From Acidiferrobacterales bacterium (GTDB lineage: Bacteria; Pseudomonadota; Gammaproteobacteria; Acidiferrobacterales; UBA6901), in contig DASWHF010000018.1 of NCBI GenBank assembly GCA_036393295.1, positions 2,634 to 66,633 of the forward strand: a DNA stretch of 64,000 nt. Direction: 5' to 3'. The notes under the pieces were generated by a model that saw only the letters and a program-made list of their open reading frames with translations, had not been told where the DNA came from and searched no databases. Positions 46,932-57,278 of this stretch are shown here, piece after piece (positions within the stretch are counted from its first letter, which is position 1; every line of letters starts with the position of its first letter). The position numbers and the translations under genes are program-made.

Positions 46932-47248
46932 GCGTCCGCGCGGCCCCCCACGCCGAGCGCCTCCGCCAGACCCAGCAGGGCGGCGCCGGCGGCGACATTC
47001 GGATGCACCCGCGACCAGCGCAGGCCGAGCCCGCGGCGCCGGGCGGCGGCGGCGAAGGCCGCCAGGAGCTGCAGCGCCGCGCCATCGACGCGGCCGGTGT
47101 CGCCGGCATCCAGCTCGATCGGGCGTCCGGCGGCGAGCGCCGTATCCAGTTCCGCGCGCAGGGCCGCGGCCGAGGCGATATCCACGGACGAAGCCAGGAC
47201 CACACGGGTCGCCTCTGCAGCTGCCTTCACTGGTCTGCGTTCCTTCAT
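46928..47248 (-). CDS. STAS-domain (anti-sigma-antagonist-like) protein heading the che operon
   Basis: [50 protein letters not shown] is a typical STAS/SpoIIAA-like pattern. Start taken at MKERRP. Confidence 0.7.
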   Translation of the reverse strand: MKERRPVKAAAEATRVVLASSVDIASAAALRAELDTALAAGRPIELDAGDTGRVDGAALQLLAAFAAAARRRGLGLRWSRVHPNVAAGAALLGLAEALGVGGRADA

Positions 47249-47497
47249 TTCGTCGAACCTGGGGCCGCCCGGGGCCGGCGCTCCGGATCGATCGGGGCGG
47301 TCCCATCGCCGGGGCGTAAACATTAGTAAATTATGATTAATTAATTAATCATCGGCGGGCGTCGGTTAAATACTAGACCAACGCCCTGCTGTAACTAGGT
47401 TTAGCAACAGCCGTGCCAAAGTCACGGAAACCACGAAGGTTTTCGCCCCGTGGGGCGAAATCAGGTGCAAATCAAGCGATTGGCCCGACGGCGCGGT

Positions 47498-48781
47498 TTA
47501 GCGCGCGTAGATGAGGTTGGGCAGCCAGAGGGAGATGGCGGGGACGTAGGTGACGATCATGAGCACGACCGTCACCACCAGTATCCACGGCGCGGCCGCC
47601 TTGGTCACGTCGGTCAGCCCCATTCTGGCCAGGCCGCTGGCGACGTAAAGATTGAGCCCGACCGGCGGGGTGATCATGCCGAGCTCCATATTGACCACCA
47701 TGATGATGCCGAGATGGATGGGGTCGATGCCGAGCTGCACGGCGACCGGCAGGAACAGCGGCGCCAGGATCAGGATCACCGAGGTCGGTTCCATGAAATC
47801 GCCGGCGAAGAACAGCAGCACGTTGACGAACAGCAGGAACATCCACGGTGTCAGGCCCTGATCGATGATCCACTGGGCCATCTGCTGCGGAATATTCTCG
47901 AAGGTCAGCAGATACGAGAACAGAATCGCGTTGGTGATGATGTACAGCAGCATGGCGCTCATGTTGGCCGCCACCCGCAGGACCCGCGGCGTGTCCTTGA
48001 ACGGCAGATCGCGGTAGATGAACACCGCGACCACGAAGGCGTAGACCGCGCTCACCGCCGCCGCCTCGGTCGGCGTGAAGACGCCGCCGTAGATGCCGCC
48101 CAGCACGATGACGATCAGCATCAGCCCCCAGATTGAATCGCGGAACGATTCCCAGACCTCGCGCGCGCTCGCGCGCGGCAGGGTGGGAAAACCGCGCCGG
48201 CGCGCGACCAGGTAGGTCGTCAACATCAGCGCGCCCGACATGAGGATGCCCGGCACCACGCCGGCGGCGAACAGCTTGCCGACGCTTTCGCTGGTGCTGA
48301 CCGCGTAGATGATCATGACGATCGACGGCGGGATCAGGATGCCGATCGAGCCGGAGGTAGCCAGGACGCCGACGGAGAATTTCTTGGTATAGCCGTGCTT
48401 GACCATCGCCGGCAGCATGATCGAGCCGATCGCCACCACCGTCGCCGGACTGGAACCGGACACCGCGGCGAAGAAAGTGCAGGACAGCACCGCCGCCATC
48501 GCCAGGCCGCCGCGCATCCAGCCGACCAGGGCGACGGCGAAGCGGATGATGCGCGCCGCCACGCCGCCCTCGGTGAGGAAGGCCCCGGAGAGAATGAAGA
48601 ACGGCACCGCCATCACCGCGAAGTTGTCGAGGCCGGTGAACAGCCGTTGGCTGACGATCTCGATCGGGATGTCCGCAACCGTGAACAGGAACACCAGCAC
48701 CGCCATGCCGAGCGCGATCGAAATCGGCGTGCCGGTCAGCAGCAACAGGAACAGCACGCCGAAGATGATGAGTCCGGTCAT
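47498..48781 (-). CDS. dctM: TRAP transporter large permease
   Basis: 427 aa from MTGLIIFGVLFLLLLTGTPISIALGMAVLVFLF. Multi-TM DctM pattern. The start overlaps the dctQ stop. Confidence 0.85.
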   Translation of the reverse strand: MTGLIIFGVLFLLLLTGTPISIALGMAVLVFLFTVADIPIEIVSQRLFTGLDNFAVMAVPFFILSGAFLTEGGVAARIIRFAVALVGWMRGGLAMAAVLSCTFFAAVSGSSPATVVAIGSIMLPAMVKHGYTKKFSVGVLATSGSIGILIPPSIVMIIYAVSTSESVGKLFAAGVVPGILMSGALMLTTYLVARRRGFPTLPRASAREVWESFRDSIWGLMLIVIVLGGIYGGVFTPTEAAAVSAVYAFVVAVFIYRDLPFKDTPRVLRVAANMSAMLLYIITNAILFSYLLTFENIPQQMAQWIIDQGLTPWMFLLFVNVLLFFAGDFMEPTSVILILAPLFLPVAVQLGIDPIHLGIIMVVNMELGMITPPVGLNLYVASGLARMGLTDVTKAAAPWILVVTVVLMIVTYVPAISLWLPNLIYAR

Positions 48782-49284
48782 TCCGGCACCTCGCCCTCGG
48801 CATAATGGTGGCCGGGAAGCTTGCCGGTACGCAGGTAATGCAGCATGACCTGCAGGAAGCGGTAACACATGAGCGCCGACCCGAGCGGCACGGCCAGGTA
48901 GATCACCCACATCGGCCATTCCAGGTCCGGGGAGACCTGGCCGGTGTCATGTATGAACAGCACGAACCGGGTGCCGAGCACCGCGATGACCGCCGTGAAG
49001 AACGCACCCAGCGACAGCCCGGTAACCACGGCCACCCGCTGCCAGCGGTCGCGCAGCTTGCGCACCAGCACGTCGACGCCGACGTGGATGCCGGTGCGCA
49101 CGCCGTAGGCAGCGCCGAACTTGGCCATCCAGATGAACAGGTAAATGGTGAGTTCCTGCGCCCAGCTGATGCCGGCGCCGGTGGTGTAGCGCAGCGCCAC
49201 GGCGACGAAGGTGATCACCGTCGCCGCCCCCATGAGGGCGGCGATCAGCGACTCTTCCAGCCGATCGACGAGGCGGTTGAGCAC
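48778..49284 (-). CDS. dctQ: TRAP transporter small permease
   Basis: GTG at 49284 (VLNRLVDRLEESLIAALMG), 8 nt after the dctP stop. Four TMs, 168 aa. Confidence 0.7.
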   Translation of the reverse strand: MLNRLVDRLEESLIAALMGAATVITFVAVALRYTTGAGISWAQELTIYLFIWMAKFGAAYGVRTGIHVGVDVLVRKLRDRWQRVAVVTGLSLGAFFTAVIAVLGTRFVLFIHDTGQVSPDLEWPMWVIYLAVPLGSALMCYRFLQVMLHYLRTGKLPGHHYAEGEVPE

Positions 49285-49292
49285 GCCCGCGC

Positions 49293-50300
49293 TTACTTCC
49301 GGTCCTGCGCGATCCCGGCGGCCACCGCGTTGATAGCGTCGATGTTGTCCTTGCCGACGACGCCCTCGAACTCCTTGTGCACCGGCAGCAGCTTGGCGCG
49401 CCATTGCGCGCGCTCGGTGTCGGTGAGCTCGTGCACGGTGGTGGTGCCGGCGGCGCGCACCTTGGCGAGCGAATCGTCGTTCTCCTGCTGGGCGATCTCG
49501 CGTTCGTACCGGGTGGCCTCCTGCATGGCCGCCGCCAGCGCGGCGCGCACCTCGCCCGGCAGGTTCTCCCAGAATTTCTTGTTCACGATCACCGCGTAGC
49601 CGAGATAGCCGTGGCCGGAGAGCGTCAGGTGCTTCTGCACCTCGTGCATCTTCTGCGTGTAGAGATTGGAGATCGGGTTCTCGGTGCCGTCCACGACGCC
49701 CTGTTGCAGCGCCGAGTAGACTTCGCTGAACGCCATGACCTGCGGGTTGGCGCCGAGCGCCTTCATCTGCGCCTCCAGCACCTTCGACGACTGGATACGC
49801 AGCTTCAGGCCCTTGAAGTCCTCGAGCTTGCGCAGCGGCCGGTTGGCGCTCATGTGTTTGAAGCCGTTGTCCCAGTAGGCCAGGCCGATGATGCCCTTGG
49901 TCTCGAGCTTGGCGAACAGCCGCCGGCCGACGTCGCCGTCCATGACCGCGTACAGCGTCGCCTTGTCGGGGAAGATGTACGGCAGGTCGAAGACCTCGAA
50001 CTCGCGCGCACCCAAGGGCCCGAACTTGGACAGCGACGGCGCCAGCATGTGCACCGCGCCGAGCTGCAGGGCCTCGATCTCCTCGCGGTCCTTGTAGAGC
50101 TGGCTGTTGGGATAGACCTCGACCCGGACCCGACCCTGGGTCCTGGCCTCGGCCAGCTGCTTGAACTTTTCAGCGGCCTTGCCCTTGGGGGTATTGGGCG
50201 CGACCACGTGGCTGAATTTGATCACGATCGGATCGGCCGTGAGGCCGAGACCGGGGAACAGCGCGGCCAGCATCACCAGCACCATTGCGCGGAGTTTCAT
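49293..50300 (-). CDS. dctP: TRAP transporter periplasmic solute-binding protein (DctP family, C4-dicarboxylate type)
   Basis: Signal peptide, then IKFSHVVAPNTPKGKAAEKFKQLAE...YWDNGFKHM...VVDGTENP. Confidence 0.85.
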   Translation of the reverse strand: MKLRAMVLVMLAALFPGLGLTADPIVIKFSHVVAPNTPKGKAAEKFKQLAEARTQGRVRVEVYPNSQLYKDREEIEALQLGAVHMLAPSLSKFGPLGAREFEVFDLPYIFPDKATLYAVMDGDVGRRLFAKLETKGIIGLAYWDNGFKHMSANRPLRKLEDFKGLKLRIQSSKVLEAQMKALGANPQVMAFSEVYSALQQGVVDGTENPISNLYTQKMHEVQKHLTLSGHGYLGYAVIVNKKFWENLPGEVRAALAAAMQEATRYEREIAQQENDDSLAKVRAAGTTTVHELTDTERAQWRAKLLPVHKEFEGVVGKDNIDAINAVAAGIAQDRK

Positions 50301-50448
50301 GACCGCCTCCTGTCGTCGGGTTTATCCGGGAAACCGTTCAAGGCCGGCACCAGATTAATACGACGCCCGCCGGGCCGCCAGCCATACGCTAAACCATGGA
50401 TGCGCGCGGGAGTTCTGATCTGGATCAATAATGCCGCGCGGCCGCGCG

Positions 50449-51072
50449 TCACGGCGGATCGGGCAGGCGGCGGAGCTTGCGGTAGTCCTTGGGGAGGGTG
50501 AACAGCGCCGGATCGGGCGTCTCGAGGCGGATATTGCGCAGCTCGTTGACCCAGCCGTCGGCCGACTCTTCATAAGTGACGATCCCGAGCTGCGGGTCGA
50601 AGCGGTGAATGGCGAGGCCCAGACGATCCTGCCGGCATTCCCAGATCTCGAGATCGCGTCCGCCGAACGACCGCGTGCCCAGCCGCTGGCTTCGCGCAAA
50701 GCCCGGACAGGGCCGCGGCGCCAGCAGCTGGCTGCGCCCCAGGCCGGGTAACTCGGTGGTCTCGAGACTGCGGTCGGGGACGAGCGGCGCGTAGCGGCGC
50801 TGCCCGGGGTCGAGCAGCCAGGCCCGGGCCGAGTCGAATCGCAGGATCGCCGCCAGACCGCGATGCGTGCCCGGATAGTCGAAGCGCATGCCGCGCTCGC
50901 GGTCGACGTGAAGGCGCGTGACGCTGATGTCCTCCGGATCGCCGCGCTGGTAGACCACCCAGTCGGCGCTCAGCGACGGGCCCGGCCACGGGGTGCGCCG
51001 GCCCTCGGAAACGCCGGCACAGGCACTGAGTGCGAGCAGCGCGGCGAGACCGAAACTCTGATAAACCGTCAA
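50449..51072 (-). CDS. Hypothetical lipoprotein
   Basis: Lipobox LLALSAC after a short signal peptide. No domain recognised. Confidence 0.45.
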   Translation of the reverse strand: MTVYQSFGLAALLALSACAGVSEGRRTPWPGPSLSADWVVYQRGDPEDISVTRLHVDRERGMRFDYPGTHRGLAAILRFDSARAWLLDPGQRRYAPLVPDRSLETTELPGLGRSQLLAPRPCPGFARSQRLGTRSFGGRDLEIWECRQDRLGLAIHRFDPQLGIVTYEESADGWVNELRNIRLETPDPALFTLPKDYRKLRRLPDPP

Positions 51073-51076
51073 AACG

Positions 51077-52225
51077 TCAATCCTTCGGCATGTGATCCAG
51101 GATCGCCTTCTTCACTTGCGCGAGCTCGGCGGCGATCTTGAGCATCGTGCCGGTGCTCTGCTGGATGGCGATGTCCGGGTCCTTGAGGCCGTGCCCGGTG
51201 AGCGTGCACACCACGCTCGATCCGGACGGGATCTTTCCGCTTTCGATGTCGCGCATCGCGCCGGCGAGCGAGGTCGCCGAGGCCGGTTCGCAGAATACGC
51301 CCTCCTGTTCGGCGAGCAGTTTCTGGGCGGCCAGTATCACCTCATCGGTGCATTCGTCGAACCAGCCGCCGGACTCCTTGATGACTTTCCAGGCCTGGTC
51401 CCAGGACTGCGGGTGGCCGATGCGGATGGCGGTGGCGACGGTCTCGGGATTGTCGACCATCTTGCCGCGCAGGAACGGCGCGCTGCCCGCCGCCTGATAG
51501 CCGACCATCTTCGGGCGGTTGCCGACGATCGCGCCGCCGGCGAACTTGCACTTGCCGCCGCAGTAGGCGCAGGCGTCGGTGACATGCGCGCCCGAGGCCG
51601 AGGAGTACTCGCAGTAGCCGATCCAGTGGGCAGTGATGTTGCCGGCGTTGCCGACCGGCAGGCAGTGATAATCGGGGGCGCGCCCCAGCTCCTCGACGAT
51701 CTCGAAGGCGGCGGTCTTCTGACCCTGCAGGCGGTAGGGATTGATCGAGTTCACGATCGTGACCGGCGCCTGCGCGGCCACGTCCTTGACCAGTTGCATG
51801 CCGGCGTCGAAGTTGCCCCGGATCTGCAGCACCACCGCGCCGTGGATCATCGCCTGGGCTAGCTTGCCGAGCGCGATCTTGCCGTCGGGAATGACCACGA
51901 AGCAGGTGATGCCGGCGCGCGCCGCGTAGGCGGCGGCGGCCGCCGAGGTGTTGCCGGTCGAGGCGCAGATGATGGCACGGCTGCCCTCCTCCACCGCCTT
52001 GGTCACCGCCATGGTCATGCCGCGGTCCTTGAACGAGCCGGTGGGGTTGAGGCCCTCGTACTTGACGTAGATGTCGACCTTGTCGCCGAAGCGGCGCGGC
52101 AGATTGTTGAGCCGGATGAGCGGCGTCGCGCCCTCGCCCAGGCTGATGATGCGCGTGTCGTCGTGCACCGGCAGGCGGTCGCGGTATTGTTCGATGAGAC
52201 CGGTGTAGCGGTTGCGGAATGGCAT
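51077..52225 (-). CDS. thrC: Threonine synthase (short form)
   Basis: LNPTGSFKDRGMTMAV (PLP lysine), CASTGNTSAAAAAYAA and VGNAGNITA are collinear with my memory of B. subtilis ThrC, apart from a Cys-rich insertion. Confidence 0.9.
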   Translation of the reverse strand: MPFRNRYTGLIEQYRDRLPVHDDTRIISLGEGATPLIRLNNLPRRFGDKVDIYVKYEGLNPTGSFKDRGMTMAVTKAVEEGSRAIICASTGNTSAAAAAYAARAGITCFVVIPDGKIALGKLAQAMIHGAVVLQIRGNFDAGMQLVKDVAAQAPVTIVNSINPYRLQGQKTAAFEIVEELGRAPDYHCLPVGNAGNITAHWIGYCEYSSASGAHVTDACAYCGGKCKFAGGAIVGNRPKMVGYQAAGSAPFLRGKMVDNPETVATAIRIGHPQSWDQAWKVIKESGGWFDECTDEVILAAQKLLAEQEGVFCEPASATSLAGAMRDIESGKIPSGSSVVCTLTGHGLKDPDIAIQQSTGTMLKIAAELAQVKKAILDHMPKD

Positions 52226-52252
52226 ATTCAGACCTTTATGAAATACAACGGC

Positions 52253-53575
52253 TCACTTCCAATCCCGGTTGAGATGCTCCAGCCGGATACGCATGACCCG
52301 GCCGTTGATGGTGCTCAAATCCTCGATGCGCGCGATCGCGGCGTTCATATACTTCTCGCGCACGCGGTGGGTGAGCATGATGATCGGCACCTCGCTCTCG
52401 CCGGCCGCCGGCTCCTTCTGGATGATGGCCTCGATGCTGATGCCCTGGTCGCCGAGGATGCGGGTGACGTCCGCCAGCACGCCCGGCCGGTCGTGGGCCT
52501 GCATGCGCAGGTAATAGCTGGTCTCGACCTCGTCCATGCCCAGGATCGGCAGGTCGGAAAGCGCATCGGGCTGGAAGGCCAGGTGCGGCACGCGGTTGTT
52601 CGGGTCGGTGGTCAGGGTGCGCACCACGTCGACGACATCGGCGACCACCGCCGAGGCGGTCGGCTCGGCGCCGGCGCCGGCGCCGTAGTACAGGGTCGGG
52701 CCGACGGCGTCGCCCTTCACCAGCACCGCGTTCATCACGCCGTCGACGTTGGCGATCAGGCGGCGCGCCGGAATCAGCGTCGGGTGCACGCGCAGCTCGA
52801 CGCCCTGCTCGGTGCGGCGCGCGATGCCGAGATGCTTGATGCGGTAGCCAAGCTCGCCGGCGTAGGCCACGTCGAGACGGGTGATGCGCGTGATGCCCTC
52901 GGTATAGGCCCTGGCGAACTGCAGCGGCACGCCGAAGGCGATCGCCGCCAGTATCGTGAGCTTGTGCGCCGCGTCGATGCCCTCGACGTCGAAGCTCGGA
53001 TCGGCCTCGGCATAGCCCAGGCGCTGGGCCTCGGCCAGTACGTCGGCGAAGTCGCGGCCGTGCTCGCGCATTTCGGTGAGGATGAAATTGCCGGTGCCGT
53101 TGATGATGCCGGCCACCCACTCGATGCGGTTGCCGGCCAGCCCTTCGCGGATGGTCTTGATGATCGGAATGCCGCCGGCCACGGCGGCCTCGAAGGCGAC
53201 CATCACCCCCTGCTGCTGGGCGCGCTCGAAGATCTCGTTGCCGTGCACGGCAATCATCGCCTTGTTGGCGGTCACCACGTGCTTGCCGTTGGCGATCGCC
53301 TTGAGCACCAGCTCGCGCGCCGGCTCGTAGCCGCCGATGAGCTCGATGACGACATCGAGCTCCGGATTGTTCACGACCTCGAACGGATCCTGGGTCAGAC
53401 GAATGCCCTCGGTCGGGCAGTTGCGCGGTTTGTTCAGGTCGCGCGCCGAGGCATGCACGATGCGGATCTCACGCCCCGCGCGCCGCGTGATCTCAGCGGC
53501 ATTGCGGCTGAGCACGTTCACGGTGCCGCTGCCGACGGTGCCGAGACCCAGTATGCCGATCTTGACGGGTTTCAA
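52253..53575 (-). CDS. hom: Homoserine dehydrogenase
   Basis: MKPVKIGILGLGTVGSGT (NAD binding), a central catalytic domain, and a C-terminal ACT domain (YYLRMQAHDRPGVLADVTRILGD). Confidence 0.9.
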   Translation of the reverse strand: MKPVKIGILGLGTVGSGTVNVLSRNAAEITRRAGREIRIVHASARDLNKPRNCPTEGIRLTQDPFEVVNNPELDVVIELIGGYEPARELVLKAIANGKHVVTANKAMIAVHGNEIFERAQQQGVMVAFEAAVAGGIPIIKTIREGLAGNRIEWVAGIINGTGNFILTEMREHGRDFADVLAEAQRLGYAEADPSFDVEGIDAAHKLTILAAIAFGVPLQFARAYTEGITRITRLDVAYAGELGYRIKHLGIARRTEQGVELRVHPTLIPARRLIANVDGVMNAVLVKGDAVGPTLYYGAGAGAEPTASAVVADVVDVVRTLTTDPNNRVPHLAFQPDALSDLPILGMDEVETSYYLRMQAHDRPGVLADVTRILGDQGISIEAIIQKEPAAGESEVPIIMLTHRVREKYMNAAIARIEDLSTINGRVMRIRLEHLNRDWK

Positions 53576-53585
53576 GGAATCCTCG

Positions 53586-54800
53586 CTATTTCGCTTGCGG
53601 AAGCGCGGCGTCGCCGCGCTCCTTGCGGAACATCTCTTTGATGGAGCGCACCGCCTGGCGGGTGCGGTGCTCGTTCTCGATCAGGCTGAAGCGCACGTAC
53701 TCGTCGCCGTACTCGCCGAAGCCGATGCCCGGCGACACCGCCACCTTGGCCTCGCTCAGCAGTCGCTTCGAGAACTCCAGCGAGCCGAGCTGCCGGTACT
53801 GGGGCGGAATGCGCGCCCAGACGAACATCGTCGCCTTCGGGATGTCGACCATCCAGCCGGCACCGTGCAGACCGTGGCACAGCGCGTCGCGGCGCTTCTG
53901 GTAGCGCAGCCGGATCTCCTCGACGCAGTCCTGCGGACCCTCGAGCGCCAGGATCGAGGCCACCTGGATCGGCGTGAAGGTGCCGTAGTCGAAATACGAC
54001 TTGAGCCGCCCGAGCGCCGCCACCAGCGTCGGGTTGCCGCACATGAAGCCGACCCGCCAGCCCGGCATGTTGTAGCTCTTGGACAGCGTGAAAAACTCGA
54101 CGGCGATGTCCTTGGCGCCCGGCACCTGGAGTATGGACGGCGCCGTGTAGCCGTCGAACACGATGTCGGCATACGCGAGATCGTGCACCACCCAGATATC
54201 GTGCTCCTTGGCGACTGCGATCACCTTCTCGAAGAAATCCAGTTCGACGCATTGGGCGGTCGGGTTGGCGGGGAAATTCAGCACCAGCATCTTCGGCTTG
54301 GGCCAGGCATTGCGGATCGCCTTCTCCAGCTCGCCGAAGAAATCGCCGTCCGGCACCAGCGGCACGTGGCGGATGTCGGCGCCGGCGATCACGAAGCCAT
54401 AAGGGTGGATCGGATAGCTCGGGTTCGGCACCAGTACGGCGTCGCCGCGGTCGACGGTGGCCAGCGCCAGGTGCGCGAGCCCCTCCTTGGAGCCGATGGT
54501 GACGATGGCCTCGCTGTCCATGTCCAGGTCGACGTCGTAGCGGCGCTTGTACCAGGCGCAGATCGCGCGCCGCAGGCGCGGAATGCCGCGCGACACCGAG
54601 TAGCGATGGGTATCCGGGCGCTGCGCGGCCTCGCACAGCTTGTCGACGATGTGCCGGGGCGTGGGCTCATCGGGGTTGCCCATGCCAAAATCGATGATGT
54701 CCTCGCCGCGCTTACGCGCCTGCGCCTTGAGATCGTTGACGATATTGAACACATAGGGCGGCAGGCGCGCGATGCGGGAGAATTGATCCGTAGGGTTCAT
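53586..54800 (-). CDS. Class I PLP-dependent aminotransferase (AlaC/aspartate aminotransferase-like)
   Basis: IDFGMGNPD...NPSYP...NFPANPT...[13 protein letters not shown] (PLP lysine motif SKxxxxxGxR). Confidence 0.85.
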   Translation of the reverse strand: MNPTDQFSRIARLPPYVFNIVNDLKAQARKRGEDIIDFGMGNPDEPTPRHIVDKLCEAAQRPDTHRYSVSRGIPRLRRAICAWYKRRYDVDLDMDSEAIVTIGSKEGLAHLALATVDRGDAVLVPNPSYPIHPYGFVIAGADIRHVPLVPDGDFFGELEKAIRNAWPKPKMLVLNFPANPTAQCVELDFFEKVIAVAKEHDIWVVHDLAYADIVFDGYTAPSILQVPGAKDIAVEFFTLSKSYNMPGWRVGFMCGNPTLVAALGRLKSYFDYGTFTPIQVASILALEGPQDCVEEIRLRYQKRRDALCHGLHGAGWMVDIPKATMFVWARIPPQYRQLGSLEFSKRLLSEAKVAVSPGIGFGEYGDEYVRFSLIENEHRTRQAVRSIKEMFRKERGDAALPQAK

Positions 54801-54971
54801 GGCAACTCACCGGGCCGGCGGCAATTCCCGGCGGGATGCAAATCCTTGTAAAATAGGGCGTTGCGAAAGTTGGAAAACATACTGGCGCGGCGCGAGACTG
54901 TCAATCTTTACCGCGGCTATTATAGCCGGCACGCGCCGCCGGCCCTACTGCCGGCGCTACTGGAGGAGCCC

Positions 54972-55349
54972 ATGAGAATGCATCTGGAGACCGGTGACGG
55001 GCGCAACGTCATCCGTCAGTACGGCTCCGGCCAGGTCACGGTCAACCGCGAGGTCTACCAGACCAGTATCGTGGTGCTGCCGGAGACGCTGATCACCGAC
55101 TGGCAGCCCACCGCCTTCAGCGCCCTGACGCCGGAGCACTTCGAGCGGCTGGCGGCACTGAGACCCGAGGTCCTGCTGCTCGGCACCGGGGCGCGCTTGC
55201 GCTTCCCGCGCCCGGAGATCACCCGCGCCGTGGTCGAGGCTGGAATCGGCTTCGAGGTCATGGACACGGCTGCCGCCTGCCGGACTTATAATATACTGAT
55301 GAGCGAGGGTCGCCAGGTCGCCGCGGCCTTGTTGATGATAGAAACCTGA
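54972..55349 (+). CDS. Mth938-like (DUF498/NDUFAF3-like) domain protein
   Basis: GGAGGAG RBS before ATG 54972. A 125-aa protein: ...VLLLGTGARLRFPRPEI...GIGFEVMDTAAACRTYNIL. Confidence 0.6.
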   Translation: MRMHLETGDGRNVIRQYGSGQVTVNREVYQTSIVVLPETLITDWQPTAFSALTPEHFERLAALRPEVLLLGTGARLRFPRPEITRAVVEAGIGFEVMDTAAACRTYNILMSEGRQVAAALLMIET

Positions 55350-55444
55350 GCCGCCTCCCGCGACCCAAGGCACTCAGCGCGGCGAACGGCGAATCGACGG
55401 TCCGCTTGCCGCCGGTGGCCACCGCCCGGCCGGGGACCGCGCGG

Positions 55445-56506
55445 TCATTCCAGCGAGTCGTAGGAGTAGCCGTTCTTCTCCATCAGCACCCGCAGCCGGC
55501 GCAGGGCTTCGACCTGGATCTGACGGACACGCTCGCGCGTCACGCCGATGTCGGCGCCGACCTCCTCGAGGGTGGCGCTCTTCCGGCCGTTCAGGCCGAA
55601 ACGGCGCTCGAGCACCTCGCGCTGCTTGTCGTTGAGCTCATGCAGCACCGCCTGGATCTGCTCGAGCAGTGCCTTGTCGAGCAGCGACTTCTCCGGATCG
55701 AGGGTGCGCTCGTCGGCGATGGCGTCGAGCAGCGAGCGGTCCGGGTCGCTGTCGAGCGGCGCGTCGACCGAGGCGATGCGCTCGTTCAGGCCGAGCATCG
55801 CCTTGACGTCCTCGATCGGCTTGTCGAGCAGCGTGGCGACCTCCTCCGGCGTCGGCTCGTGGTCCATCTTCTGCGACAGGTAACGGGCGGCGCGCAGGTA
55901 GATGTTGATTTCCTTGAGCACGTGCACCGGCAGGCGGATGGTGCGCGTCTGGTTCATGATGGCGCGCTCGATGGTCTGGCGGATCCACCAGGTCGCATAG
56001 GTCGAGAAGCGGAAGCCGCGCTCCGGATCGAACTTCTCGACGGCGCGGATCAGGCCGAGATTGCCCTCCTCGATCAGATCCAGCAACGCCAGGCCGCGGT
56101 TCATGTAGCGCCGCGCGATCTTCACGACCAGGCGCAGATTGCTTTCGATCATGCGCTTGCGCGCCGCCTCGTTGCCCTTGCGGGCGAGGCGCGCGAAGTA
56201 CACCTCTTCCTCGGCGGTGAGCAGCGCGGAAAATCCGATTTCCTTGAGGTACAGGCGGGTGGCGTCGGCCTGCAGGGCGGAGTCGGCGACATCGGCGGTT
56301 TCGCGCTTTTCGACCTCGCGCGCCGGGCGCCGGACGGCGTCGGATTCGACAGCGTCGCCGGTCTCATCCGGCGCGGCATCGAGAACGGCCTCGTCGCGCT
56401 CCTCCTCTTCCTCTTCCTCGACCGGCAGCGCGTCGGTCTCGGGCTCATCGATATCGGACCGTGGTTCCGTGGTCTTGGTGTCGGGCGATTTCTTCCGGCG
56501 TGCCAT
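55445..56506 (-). CDS. rpoS: RNA polymerase sigma factor RpoS
   Basis: Sigma-70 regions 1.2-4: [71 protein letters not shown]. Immediately downstream of nlpD. Acidic N-terminal extension. Track start TTG at 56512; ATG at 56506 is preferred. Confidence 0.85.
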   Translation of the reverse strand: MARRKKSPDTKTTEPRSDIDEPETDALPVEEEEEEERDEAVLDAAPDETGDAVESDAVRRPAREVEKRETADVADSALQADATRLYLKEIGFSALLTAEEEVYFARLARKGNEAARKRMIESNLRLVVKIARRYMNRGLALLDLIEEGNLGLIRAVEKFDPERGFRFSTYATWWIRQTIERAIMNQTRTIRLPVHVLKEINIYLRAARYLSQKMDHEPTPEEVATLLDKPIEDVKAMLGLNERIASVDAPLDSDPDRSLLDAIADERTLDPEKSLLDKALLEQIQAVLHELNDKQREVLERRFGLNGRKSATLEEVGADIGVTRERVRQIQVEALRRLRVLMEKNGYSYDSLE

Positions 56507-56512
56507 GTTCAA

Positions 56513-57256
56513 TCACAACTTCGGCAGATATTTCAGTGGATCGATTGGAGCACCGTTGCGCCGGATCTCGAAATGCAGCTTGACCTGATCGGTGCCGGTG
56601 CTTCCCATTTCCGCGATTTTCTGCCCGCGCTTGACACTCGCACCTTCCTTCACCAGGATCCGGTCGTTGTGGGCGTAAGCGCTCAGAAATTCGTCGTTAT
56701 GCTTGACGATGATAAGCTGTCCGTATCCGCGAAGTCCACTCCCCCGATACACCACACGACCGTCGGCCGCCGCCGCGACCGTTTGTCCGCGCGCGCCGCC
56801 GATATCCAGGCCGCCGTTGCCCGATGCCAGGATGCGCCCACGCGTCGGCCACGCCCACGGACCGAAGCCGGCGGCGCCGCCGGCCGGCGCGCGGGCGGCG
56901 GCCGATGGCCTCGGGGCCGGCGTGGCGGCCTTCGGCGCCGGCGCCGCAGCGGTCGCGCGCGGTGTCGGCGTCGGTGGCCTGGCCGCCGCCGCGGGCGGTG
57001 GGAACAGGCGCAGCTTCTGGCCGGGACGGATGATATAGGGCGGCGCGATCCGGTTCCAGGCGGCGAGCTCGCGATAGTCGCGCCCCGACTCCCAGGCGAT
57101 GCTGAACAAGGTGTCGCCGCGCATCACGGTGCGGAACTCCGATTCCGGATAGCGCATCGGCGTCGCCTGGTCGCTGACCTGGACCGGCGGCCGGTTGCCG
57201 CCGCAGGCGCTCAGGATCGCGAGCGCCAAGACCCACAACCAGCGCCGCGCCGTCAC
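56513..57256 (-). CDS. nlpD: Murein hydrolase activator NlpD (LysM + degenerate M23 peptidase lipoprotein)
   Basis: Lipobox LAILSAC, LysM (VMRGDTLFSIAWESGRDYRELAAWNRI), a Pro/Ala-rich linker, and an M23 domain (GLDIGGARGQTV...VKHNDEFLSAYAHN). Confidence 0.85.
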   Translation of the reverse strand: MTARRWLWVLALAILSACGGNRPPVQVSDQATPMRYPESEFRTVMRGDTLFSIAWESGRDYRELAAWNRIAPPYIIRPGQKLRLFPPPAAAARPPTPTPRATAAAPAPKAATPAPRPSAAARAPAGGAAGFGPWAWPTRGRILASGNGGLDIGGARGQTVAAAADGRVVYRGSGLRGYGQLIIVKHNDEFLSAYAHNDRILVKEGASVKRGQKIAEMGSTGTDQVKLHFEIRRNGAPIDPLKYLPKL

Positions 57257-57278
57257 TCGCCGAACTGCCCTGCCGCCG

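Noticed and set aside
47441-47460. The hairpin TTTCGCCCCGTGGGGCGAAA as a terminator for dctM
   Set aside because: The stem is good, but on the dctM strand no U-tract follows it. It could still be a bidirectional attenuator, so I did not list it as a feature.
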